The notes under the pieces were generated by a model. It had not been told where the DNA came from. It made no database searches and saw only the letters and a program-made list of their open reading frames with translations. A program made the translations under genes and the position numbers. Below are positions 55,357 to 63,514 of a stretch of DNA of 64,000 nucleotides, piece by piece; the first letter of the stretch is position 1; each line of letters opens with the position of its first letter. Source of the DNA: Escherichia phage ph0011; the sequence record OP557969.1. The stretch is one strand, 5' to 3'.

Positions 55357-58029
55357 TTAAGCACTGATTGTTACAGTTGCAGTATCTTTTTTATTACCAT
55401 CCACTGTAGTCACTGTAATGATTACAGAACCTTCTTCTAGAGCAGTTACTAATCCATCATCACTAATAGATACTTTAGTAGGTTTATCTGCACTATAAGT
55501 TACTGATTTGTTAGTTGCTTTAGCTGGTAGAACTTCTGGAACTAGTTGAACTGTTTTAGTTCCTGATAGTGAAAGTTCAGTAGTTTTAGGTGTTAAACTA
55601 ACACTGGATACTGGAACTGGAATATTAACGATTACTGATGTTTGACCAGTAACATCACTACCATCAGCGGCAGTAGCGATAATATTTGCAGTACCATTAG
55701 TTAGTGCAGTTACGATACCAGTATTAGCATCTACTTTAGCAATTTCTGGAGCACTGGATGACCAAATTACATTTTTATTGGTTGCATCACTTGGGGTAAT
55801 TGCAGCAGCCATTTGTTTAGTTGCATTCAATGTAGTCAAAGTTTGATCTTTAGGAGTTACATCAATTGCAGTTACTGGCACTGGAATATTAACAGTAATA
55901 ACACCTTGACCTGTTTTACCACTTCCATCAGCAGCAGTTGCGATAATGTTTGCAGAACCGTTAGTTAACGCAGTTACAACACCAGTACTAGCATCTACTT
56001 TCGCTACAGCAGGTTTACTGGAAGACCATGTTACAGATTTATTTGTTGCGTTAGTTGGAAGAACTTCAGCAGCCATTGCTTGAGTTGCGTTAACAGCAGT
56101 CAATGTTTTAGTTGCTGGAGTAACATTAATAGATGCGACTGGAACTGGAATTGCTACAGTTACCGCACATTTTGCAGTTTTTGCTCCATCAGCAGTTGTT
56201 ACTGTGATATCAGCAGTGCCATTTGCTACAGCAGTGATTAAACCAGTTGGACTAACAGTTGCCACTCCATCAGCAGAAGTACTATAAGTTACTGCTTTGT
56301 TGGTAGCATTAGGTGGTAGTACAGTTGGTGTTAGTTGTTGAGTATCACCGACTGAAGTTAATTTAGCACTTGTTGGAGATACTGATACACTTGCAACAGG
56401 AACTGGAATGTTAACAGTTACCACGCAAACTTTAGAAAATCCACCATCAGATGTGGTTGCTGTAATATTTGCAGTACCGTTTGCAACAGCAGTGATTAAA
56501 CCAGTTGGACTTACCGTTGCGACACCCTCAGCAGAAGTAGTGTATGAAATATCTTTACGACGAGCGTTATCTGGAATAACAGATGCAGTTAGTTGTTGAG
56601 TAGCACCTACAGAAGTTAGGGTTGCTGTCAACGGAGTCATATTAATTCCAGTTACTGGGATCGTTACATCAATCACTGATTCAGCAGTTTTAGCACCATC
56701 ATCAGTGGTAACAGTAATAGTTGTAGTACCGTTATCAACCGAAGTTACTAGACCAGTATTACTAACTTTTGCTACGTCTGGATATGAAGAAACATATGAA
56801 ACTGCTTTATTGGATGCAGTTGCAGGAGCAACGGTTGTTTCTAATTGTTTAGTATCACCTAATGTTGAGAATGTATAAGTACTAGGAGTCATTGTGACAC
56901 CAGATACTGGTGTTTTCACTGTGATTGTAGTAGTGTCCGTTTTAGCACCATCTTCGGTTGTAGCTGTAATCACCACTGTGCCGTTAGCCACACCAGTTAC
57001 TAGACCAGAAGTAGGGTTAACAGTTGCTATATCAGGTGTTGCTGAAGACCACGTGACGTTTTTATTAGTTGCATCATCAGGAGATATTGTAGCAGTTAAT
57101 TGTTGAGTACTGCCAACGTTAATTGATGCAGTTTTAGGAGAAACAACAACACCACTAACTGGAGTTGTTACAGTAACAGTACATTTTGAAACAAATGAAC
57201 CATCAACTGTAGTTGCAATTACATCAGTACTGCCATCTGCAATACCAGTTACCATACCAGTTGGACTTACAGTTGCGAAGCGTGGTATACTGGATGACCA
57301 AATAACACTTTTATCACTTGCATCATCGGGTGATACGGTAGCTGTTAGTTGATGAGTTTTACCAACACCAAGAGATAGAGTTGAAGGAGAAACAACAACA
57401 CCACTAACTGGAGTTGTTACAGTAAATGCACAAACATCGGTGAAACCACCATCATGAGTAGTAACTGTTACATTTGCATTACCATTAGCACGGGCAATTG
57501 CTAAACCAGTTTGAGCATCAACTTCAACTATTGTTGGAGCAGAGGAACTATAACTTACTGTTGGATCATTTGCATAATCTGGATTAATTGTAGCTGATAG
57601 TTGTTGTGTGCTACCAACTTTAAGTGCTACTACTTTGGGTGAAATAATAACACCATTAACTGGTGTAGTATAATCACGTTTAACCACACGACCATTGTTC
57701 AATTTAATAATACGACCCATATAAAGAGTAGCATATCCCTTACTAATCCCATCATCTACATAAATCATAAATGAATTGTCTTGAACCATATTAATTGCGT
57801 CTACTGGCTTAACAGTATTTGGAATGTCGATACCACGGGTATCATACCAACACATGGAAACTTTGTAATATATATCACCATTATCATTGATGAGATCATA
57901 CACGTTACTGGAACGTTGACGGTTAATATATAAAGTTTCGGTTAATACCTTACCATCGATTTTAGCGACAGAAACTTTAATACCACCAATACCAAATGGC
58001 AATTTACCTTCACTAGATATTGCTTTCAT
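55357..58029 (-). CDS. Ig-like (Big_2) repeat virion-surface/adhesin-type protein
   Basis: 890 aa; ~121-aa N-domain then 9 repeats starting (T/I)PV..V..P....L..G.TQQL..; AAAGGAAAG RBS; only minus-strand gene. Confidence 0.8.
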   Translation of the reverse strand: MKAISSEGKLPFGIGGIKVSVAKIDGKVLTETLYINRQRSSNVYDLINDNGDIYYKVSMCWYDTRGIDIPNTVKPVDAINMVQDNSFMIYVDDGISKGYATLYMGRIIKLNNGRVVKRDYTTPVNGVIISPKVVALKVGSTQQLSATINPDYANDPTVSYSSSAPTIVEVDAQTGLAIARANGNANVTVTTHDGGFTDVCAFTVTTPVSGVVVSPSTLSLGVGKTHQLTATVSPDDASDKSVIWSSSIPRFATVSPTGMVTGIADGSTDVIATTVDGSFVSKCTVTVTTPVSGVVVSPKTASINVGSTQQLTATISPDDATNKNVTWSSATPDIATVNPTSGLVTGVANGTVVITATTEDGAKTDTTTITVKTPVSGVTMTPSTYTFSTLGDTKQLETTVAPATASNKAVSYVSSYPDVAKVSNTGLVTSVDNGTTTITVTTDDGAKTAESVIDVTIPVTGINMTPLTATLTSVGATQQLTASVIPDNARRKDISYTTSAEGVATVSPTGLITAVANGTANITATTSDGGFSKVCVVTVNIPVPVASVSVSPTSAKLTSVGDTQQLTPTVLPPNATNKAVTYSTSADGVATVSPTGLITAVANGTADITVTTADGAKTAKCAVTVAIPVPVASINVTPATKTLTAVNATQAMAAEVLPTNATNKSVTWSSSKPAVAKVDASTGVVTALTNGSANIIATAADGSGKTGQGVITVNIPVPVTAIDVTPKDQTLTTLNATKQMAAAITPSDATNKNVIWSSSAPEIAKVDANTGIVTALTNGTANIIATAADGSDVTGQTSVIVNIPVPVSSVSLTPKTTELSLSGTKTVQLVPEVLPAKATNKSVTYSADKPTKVSISDDGLVTALEEGSVIITVTTVDGNKKDTATVTISA
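55360..57666 (-). repeat. 9 tandem ~255-270-bp coding repeats (Big_2 domains)
   Basis: Adjacent units near-identical at DNA level, e.g. 56210-56280 vs 56470-56540 (..cagcagtgattaaaccagttggac..). Confidence 0.75.
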
Positions 58030-58066
58030 ATACTTTCCTTTATAAAATTGTATTGTATTGTTATAT

Positions 58067-58074
58067 TATTTATA
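58067..58074 (-). promoter_or_regulatory. T4-late-type promoter TATAAATA
   Basis: Plus strand tatttata = minus strand TATAAATA, ~38 nt upstream of the Big_2 ATG. Confidence 0.5.
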
Positions 58075-58265
58075 TTATAACAAAATTATTTTAGTATTAA
58101 AAAGGTGTTCGAATGCTTCTTGAAATCTGGCTTGGACAGGTCAATCTTTGCTTTTAAAATGGAATTGTAAACTGCCTCCTGATATGATATCATAGTTTAA
58201 ATGGTAAATCAATAAACTTAACAAAAAAAACTTGCTACTACAGTCATAATTGTTCAATTTTGTAC

Positions 58266-58294
58266 TTGACATAATTAATCAATTATTGTACTAT
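58266..58294 (+). promoter_or_regulatory. sigma70-type promoter
   Basis: TTGACA - 17 nt - TACTAT upstream of 58330. Confidence 0.55.
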
Positions 58295-58329
58295 TGTTAA
58301 TGTTCCTTAACTCAAATCCGAGGTAATCA

Positions 58330-58935
58330 ATGAAACTATTCTTGAAAGAGATTGTACAAACCGTTGTTTTAATCGCTGCATTAAATTTTCCAGCAGCGGC
58401 AGAAGTTTCAAAAAAAGCATCTGTTCTTCTATTAAATGAACAGGTTGTATCAATGGATGGTGAACTAAATGATAATACGGTACAAGAAGTAGAGCAGTTG
58501 TGGAAAGAAAAAAGATTTAAAATTTTAACAATTACATCACCTGGGGGTGATTTTGATGCTGGTATTAAAATGGCAAATTTTGTTAGAGACAATGGTATAA
58601 ATTTAATTGTTTCTAAATATTGCAATTCGGCATGTACTGTGGTATTCTTTAGTGTATCCCCAGAAAAGCGATATATGACAAATCAATCAGTACTGGGATT
58701 GCATAATATTTCAATCAAAAGTAACGTTAAAGATATGGATCATACTTTCGTATCTGTTAGACAACTATCATCATTTACTGAAGAAATGGCAACAAAAGTA
58801 GGATTTTTATTTACACTATATTCAGCTAATGGTATTCCACCTAGCATTCTATATAAAGTTAGTCGTTCACGTGGTGAAGATGTTGTTATCTTAACAAAAA
58901 CAGACCTAATAAATTACGGTTCAGTCAATCCATGA
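58330..58935 (+). CDS. secreted ClpP/NfeD-fold serine-protease-like protein
   Basis: Signal peptide ..VVLIAALNFPAAAE; ITSPGGDFDAG, CNSACTV, GLHNIS resemble the ClpP-class layout. Confidence 0.55.
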   Translation: MKLFLKEIVQTVVLIAALNFPAAAEVSKKASVLLLNEQVVSMDGELNDNTVQEVEQLWKEKRFKILTITSPGGDFDAGIKMANFVRDNGINLIVSKYCNSACTVVFFSVSPEKRYMTNQSVLGLHNISIKSNVKDMDHTFVSVRQLSSFTEEMATKVGFLFTLYSANGIPPSILYKVSRSRGEDVVILTKTDLINYGSVNP

Positions 58936-59003
58936 AAATAATTATAATAACAGGATGATTATGTTGTTCTTCCTTTGTTATTAACTATATCGGAAATATA
59001 ACC

Positions 59004-59264
59004 ATGACAAACATCCAGAATTTGACATCTATTATTTTTTATGCTACAGTGGTGATATATGCTATTGTACTTATTTTAACAGTTTTTATATACAAAGATT
59101 ACAAAAAAGGCTTTATTAATAGCACAACAATCAAGTTCAATTCTAAATTTAAAGAAATTATATTTTATGTTTTGACAACATCATATTTGTTGTGTATATT
59201 GTTACTAGGGCCATTGATTTATATTTTATATACAACATTATTTGCAATTGGAGCTATTTTATGA
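59004..59264 (+). CDS. small membrane protein
   Basis: 86 aa, 2-3 hydrophobic segments. Confidence 0.55.
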   Translation: MTNIQNLTSIIFYATVVIYAIVLILTVFIYKDYKKGFINSTTIKFNSKFKEIIFYVLTTSYLLCILLLGPLIYILYTTLFAIGAIL

Positions 59265-59857
59265 CATGTATTATTGCACACACTAACGGTGTAACTTCAT
59301 TTATTGCAGGGGACAAGATGGGGAGTGATGGTTTTACGAAATCAATCCAAACAGAGCCGAAAGTGTTTGAGAAAGAATTCGTAAAGATTAGTGGTGATGA
59401 CGGCTTGACTCGTACAAAAGATGTTATGACTTTTGGATTCACTACATCATTTCGTATGGGGCAACTGCTAACTTACAATTTAAATTTACCAGACCAAAAT
59501 TCAAATGAGACGTTTCTACAGTACTTAGTACTGAAAGTTATTCCTATTATTCGCCAAATGTTTAAAGACGAATGGGGTGCACGTGATACATCACAAGATG
59601 TTGGTGGTGGTCAATTTATTATTTTACACAATCATAAGATTTATGAAATTCAGGAAGATTTTTCAGTTCTCCAGTCAAAATCAAGTATTGCATCAGTTGG
59701 TAGTGGTACATATCATGCAATTGCAGCGATGCAAGCATACATTGAACTCGAAAAAGAAACTAACGTACAACTTCATGAACGTATCAAATCTATTTTCAAA
59801 ATTGTCAGTGATAATGTGTCGAGTGTAAGTGAAGAGTTTGATGTATTAAAATATTAA
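59261..59857 (+). CDS. HslV/proteasome-beta-like Ntn hydrolase
   Basis: ATGA overlap (track 59192..); Met-Thr start (MTCIIAHT..), ..GDKMGSDG.., ..SVGSGTYHAIAAMQAY like the HslV GSG..A motif. Confidence 0.55.
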   Translation: MTCIIAHTNGVTSFIAGDKMGSDGFTKSIQTEPKVFEKEFVKISGDDGLTRTKDVMTFGFTTSFRMGQLLTYNLNLPDQNSNETFLQYLVLKVIPIIRQMFKDEWGARDTSQDVGGGQFIILHNHKIYEIQEDFSVLQSKSSIASVGSGTYHAIAAMQAYIELEKETNVQLHERIKSIFKIVSDNVSSVSEEFDVLKY

Positions 59858-59872
59858 AATTATAAGAGAGAA

Positions 59873-60067
59873 ATGATGGCATACACAATTTATGAATGGA
59901 TTTTGAGTTTTATTATAGTATTTTTTATGGTTGTAATTTACAATAATGCTAAATGCTTATATAGAGATTTAAAATCCAATGGTTATCATGCAAACAATAA
60001 TTTAATGTATGCCTATCATATTGGAATCATTCTATTATTATCAATATATTTAATTGGCTTTATATAA
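59873..60067 (+). CDS. small membrane protein (2 TM)
   Basis: 64 aa; WILSFIIVFFMVVIY / IGIILLLSIYLIGFI. Confidence 0.55.
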   Translation: MMAYTIYEWILSFIIVFFMVVIYNNAKCLYRDLKSNGYHANNNLMYAYHIGIILLLSIYLIGFI

Positions 60068-60076
60068 GGATTACGT

Positions 60077-60829
60077 ATGATATCAGAAAAATTCATAAGT
60101 AATGAGGGAAACAAGAGATTACTTATCATCTCAGGAGCAGGTCTTTCCGTTGAAAGTGGTATGGACCCATTTCGTTTCGATGATGGCCTATGGGATACAT
60201 TTAAAATTAATGATGTATGTAATATTGCAAATTTAGATACAAAATATCATATTGTTCATTCGTTTTATAACACGCTGCGTGTTAAACTGGGTCAATGTGA
60301 ACCAAATGCAATGCATTATTTTATAAAATCATTAGAGGAACAATATGGTGATTGTTTCCTTCATATGACTTCAAATATGGATGATCTTTACACCCGTATT
60401 GGCGGTAAAGAACTTAAACTTCATGGTAATTTATGTGAAGTGATAGAAAATTATAGTATTAATGGTGATGATTACAACATTGTTAACTGTGGTTATGAGC
60501 CATATATCCCAAAACATGATATTTTTGCTAAACCAAATGTAGTGATGATTGGTGAGTATCATCGTTATGTAGATGGTGTACGCCTACCAATATATGAAGA
60601 ACGAAATAATGTCTTGAAATCCCTTGATGAAAATGATACAGTTATTGTTATTGGTAGCAGCGATACTGTTCTTGTATGGTCCCGATTGGTAGCATCATTG
60701 CCATGTTATAGTGTCAATGTTAATATTAGAAAGAATGATAATGATTTTTTGTTTAATGAAAAAATTATCAAGCCAGCAACCAAAGCAATACCACAACTAG
60801 AGACTATAATTAAGGAACGTATGAAATGA
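60077..60829 (+). CDS. Sir2-family NAD-dependent deacylase/ADP-ribosyltransferase
   Basis: ISGAGLSVESGMDPFR, LHGNL, KPNVVMIGE, VIGSSDTV motifs; no 4-Cys zinc module seen. Confidence 0.8.
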   Translation: MISEKFISNEGNKRLLIISGAGLSVESGMDPFRFDDGLWDTFKINDVCNIANLDTKYHIVHSFYNTLRVKLGQCEPNAMHYFIKSLEEQYGDCFLHMTSNMDDLYTRIGGKELKLHGNLCEVIENYSINGDDYNIVNCGYEPYIPKHDIFAKPNVVMIGEYHRYVDGVRLPIYEERNNVLKSLDENDTVIVIGSSDTVLVWSRLVASLPCYSVNVNIRKNDNDFLFNEKIIKPATKAIPQLETIIKERMK

Positions 60830-61377
60830 GTGTTAAAGAAGTTCCCTTTGGTGAATATGGTTCACGTGCAAATTTTGTATTCTGCTATTTCTTTGCAAGA
60901 GGATGTAATCCCTACGAAAACTATGAGTTGAATGATATACCAGAAGTAAATTTAGTATTACTTCAACTACGATGGGATGGCCTTCTGGGTGGATGTGGTG
61001 GTACAGTTGAAAGTACTGATATCTCATTAGAAGATGCGTTGCGTCGTGAAATACAAGAAGAAATGAACTACTATATTTTTGTTTCTCACCTAAAACCACT
61101 TAAAACGTTTGAAATTTACCCAGGTGCAAACAGTCATAGTTTCAGTTATGAAGTAACATATGATGAGTTAAAATACATTCGTGATGGGTATACAACTGCC
61201 AAACATGCAAGTGCCGAAGTTGCTGGTGTAAATTTATGTCACATTTCTCGTTATTCTAAGGGACAAAATCGAGAAGCGGGATATAATAATCTTATGACAC
61301 AGAACTTCATCGGTACAGCAAAACACGAATTAGCGTATCTGGTACAAAAAGAGAACTTACTAATTAGCTATCTATAG
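60826..61377 (+). CDS. Nudix hydrolase
   Basis: ATGA overlap with Sir2; GGTVESTDISLEDALRREIQEEMN (REUxEE signature, non-canonical spacing). Confidence 0.6.
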   Translation: MSVKEVPFGEYGSRANFVFCYFFARGCNPYENYELNDIPEVNLVLLQLRWDGLLGGCGGTVESTDISLEDALRREIQEEMNYYIFVSHLKPLKTFEIYPGANSHSFSYEVTYDELKYIRDGYTTAKHASAEVAGVNLCHISRYSKGQNREAGYNNLMTQNFIGTAKHELAYLVQKENLLISYL

Positions 61378-61387
61378 GAGTTTAAAA

Positions 61388-61708
61388 ATGTCTTACTCTA
61401 TGTTTTTGGATGACATTCGTGATGCAAAACAATATTACCCTAATCAAGATATGGTAGTATGTCGTGATTTTAACAGTGCGTGTGAATATGTTGTTAAAAA
61501 TGGAATTCCAGCATTTGTATCATTTGACCATGACTTGGGTGATATGAGTGGAGACGAAAAAACTGGATATTCTTTTGCTAAATTTCTTATTGATTATATG
61601 TTTGATAATAATATTAAAGAACCGTTTGAGTACTTTGTGCACAGTAGTAACCCAGTTGGTAAAGTTAACATTGAAACATACTTAAACAATGGATTTAATG
61701 CATTATGA
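61388..61708 (+). CDS. receiver-like (cyclic-phosphate-processing REC-like) domain protein
   Basis: MFLDDIRD ... VSFDHDLGD ... EKTGYSFAKFLIDY; matches my memory of that phage domain, unverified. Confidence 0.45.
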   Translation: MSYSMFLDDIRDAKQYYPNQDMVVCRDFNSACEYVVKNGIPAFVSFDHDLGDMSGDEKTGYSFAKFLIDYMFDNNIKEPFEYFVHSSNPVGKVNIETYLNNGFNAL

Positions 61709-62007
61709 TTCAAACACATATTAAAAGTATCATTTGCACTATACTACTAGGTGTAGGAGTTCTATGGTTCAGTAATTATCACGAGAACACTAAGCGTACA
61801 AATATTCACTATAATACCGCAGAAGTTGTAAGTTTAGGACAATGTAGTGAGTACAAATGTTCGTTTATGTACAAAACCAGTAATGGTGAAGTACGTAATG
61901 GACTATCTAGTGAACCAGTTTCGATTGGTCAAATTGTTTACCAGGAGTGCTGGGAAGAAAAGGTTCGAGGTTCACGATGTTATGTTGAATACGAACCAAA
62001 AATGTAA
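61705..62007 (+). CDS. small membrane-anchored protein (1 TM)
   Basis: ATGA overlap; IICTILLGVGVLWF. Confidence 0.55.
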   Translation: MIQTHIKSIICTILLGVGVLWFSNYHENTKRTNIHYNTAEVVSLGQCSEYKCSFMYKTSNGEVRNGLSSEPVSIGQIVYQECWEEKVRGSRCYVEYEPKM

Positions 62008-62034
62008 TAATAACATGAGTCAATAATAATAGCC

Positions 62035-62052
62035 GAGTACAAGGATGTACTC
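62035..62052 (+). promoter_or_regulatory. hairpin in the phoH leader
   Basis: GAGTACA-agga-TGTACTC perfect 7-bp stem, no U-tract; 19 nt before the ATG. Confidence 0.3.
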
Positions 62053-62070
62053 ACAATTCAAGGATGTTTT

Positions 62071-63510
62071 ATGAAAAAATATACAATTGACACAAACGTA
62101 CTACTATCTGATCCAAATGCATCTGTTGCTTTTGATGGTGCTGCAATCATTCTACCATTTACAGTACTGGAAGAATTGGATTCGATTAAGAGTCGCAATG
62201 TTGATGTTTCACGTGATGCTCGTGTTGCGATTCGTAACATTGAAGCAATTATTGCAGAGGCATCACATAATGAGATTAGTTGTACTGGTGTTAATATTGC
62301 TGATGTTCATACCAATATGAGTCCTGAAAGCAAATTGTTTGTTATTACAAACGAAGAAGCTGAAGCACTAATTCGTACTAAGGCAATTGAAGATAAAGTT
62401 CAAACACTTCTCAAAAGTTCTGTACCAGATGATAAAATTATCTTAGTCGCTTTAGCAACTGATTCAGTACTGGTTACCCGTGATATCAATATGCGTATCA
62501 AGGCTCTTAGTTATGGAGTTGAAGTACAGGATTATCGTCATGATGTGGTTATCGGTGATAGCGATCTAATGCACGTAGGTCAACATCATCTCGATATCGA
62601 TTTCTGGGCAGAATTCAGTGGGATTGAAAATGCTGAAATTAAATCTGAAAAAACAGGTCGCCGCCTGTATCATTATATCCCAACACATCTAATCAAAGAT
62701 CTTCTTCCACAAAATCTTTGTATTGGTGACTATCTATATGATAATGCTGATGTGCTCTTTGTTTACGAAGGTCAGTCTGCAATCGAAGAAGATGATGGTA
62801 GTCTAACACCAGAAGATATTTTGGTCTTCCAAGATATTGGTCAATCTGTTGCATTACGTGCTAATGTATGGGATATTAAAGCTAAGAATGTCAAACAAGC
62901 ACTAGCTATTAATAGTATTCTCGATCCCGATGTACATCTAACAGTTCTACTAGGTTCTGCTGGGACAGGAAAAACACTAATTACGATTGCTACTGCACTA
63001 GAGTTAGTTCTGGAAAAACGTAAATACGACCGTATTATCTTCTCTAAAACACAAGATTCACAGTTTGAAGATATCGGATTCTTGCCTGGTTCAGAGGCCG
63101 AGAAAGTGATTCCATTTTGTGGTCCAGCGATTGACGCACTAGAGTACCTACATAAAGATGATGCAAATCCACAAGGTAGCATTGAGGAAATCATGAAACG
63201 TAATGTTATCCAGTTCAAAGCATTGAACTTTATTCGTGGTCGTTCTTTTGCCAATACAATTCTAATTGTGGATGAAGCACAGAACTTAACACCAGCCCAG
63301 CTAAAAACTGTCTTGACAAGAGCCGGAGAAAACTGTAAAGTAATCATACTTGGTAACCTAGCACAGATCGATAACAAGTTTATCAGTCCAGTAAACAGCG
63401 GTCTAACTTATGTAACTGAGAAATTTAAAAATTGGTCTGGTTGTCGTATCATTGAATTGGAAGGTGTTGTTCGTTCACCACTTGCTGAATTTGCTGAAGA
63501 AAATATGTAA
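62071..63510 (+). CDS. phoH: PIN-domain PhoH-like ATPase
   Basis: N-term PIN-like (YTIDTNVLL..), Walker A GSAGTGKT, Walker B IVDEAQN; 479 aa. Confidence 0.85.
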   Translation: MKKYTIDTNVLLSDPNASVAFDGAAIILPFTVLEELDSIKSRNVDVSRDARVAIRNIEAIIAEASHNEISCTGVNIADVHTNMSPESKLFVITNEEAEALIRTKAIEDKVQTLLKSSVPDDKIILVALATDSVLVTRDINMRIKALSYGVEVQDYRHDVVIGDSDLMHVGQHHLDIDFWAEFSGIENAEIKSEKTGRRLYHYIPTHLIKDLLPQNLCIGDYLYDNADVLFVYEGQSAIEEDDGSLTPEDILVFQDIGQSVALRANVWDIKAKNVKQALAINSILDPDVHLTVLLGSAGTGKTLITIATALELVLEKRKYDRIIFSKTQDSQFEDIGFLPGSEAEKVIPFCGPAIDALEYLHKDDANPQGSIEEIMKRNVIQFKALNFIRGRSFANTILIVDEAQNLTPAQLKTVLTRAGENCKVIILGNLAQIDNKFISPVNSGLTYVTEKFKNWSGCRIIELEGVVRSPLAEFAEENM

Positions 63511-63514
63511 TATT

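Larger units (their letters stand above)
1376..62472. repeat. dispersed palindromic 8-mer CAGTACTG (at least 35 copies)
   Basis: By-eye scan; every position cross-checked against the reading frame of the enclosing ORF (list in findings). Confidence 0.8.

Noticed and set aside
2652-59828. Alternative-frame same-strand track ORFs nested in larger ORFs (e.g. 2652..2843, 5525..5782, 8745..9038, 12323..12511, 15021..15251, 17378..17566, 26605..26820, 38974..39219, 42457..42711, 59577..59828)
   Set aside because: They are entirely contained in longer ORFs that carry family motifs or enzyme motifs. They have low-complexity or hydrophobic junk sequences and no independent start signals.
40270-63377. 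Long minus-strand track ORFs (40270..40593, 41738..42133, 42465..42899, 50232..50558, 53042..53311, 58275..58625, 62841..63377)
   Set aside because: Each lies fully antisense to a well-supported + strand gene (rnlA, pseT, ligase, PhoH and others). They have odd composition and no RBS, so they are shadow ORFs of locally GC-richer genes.
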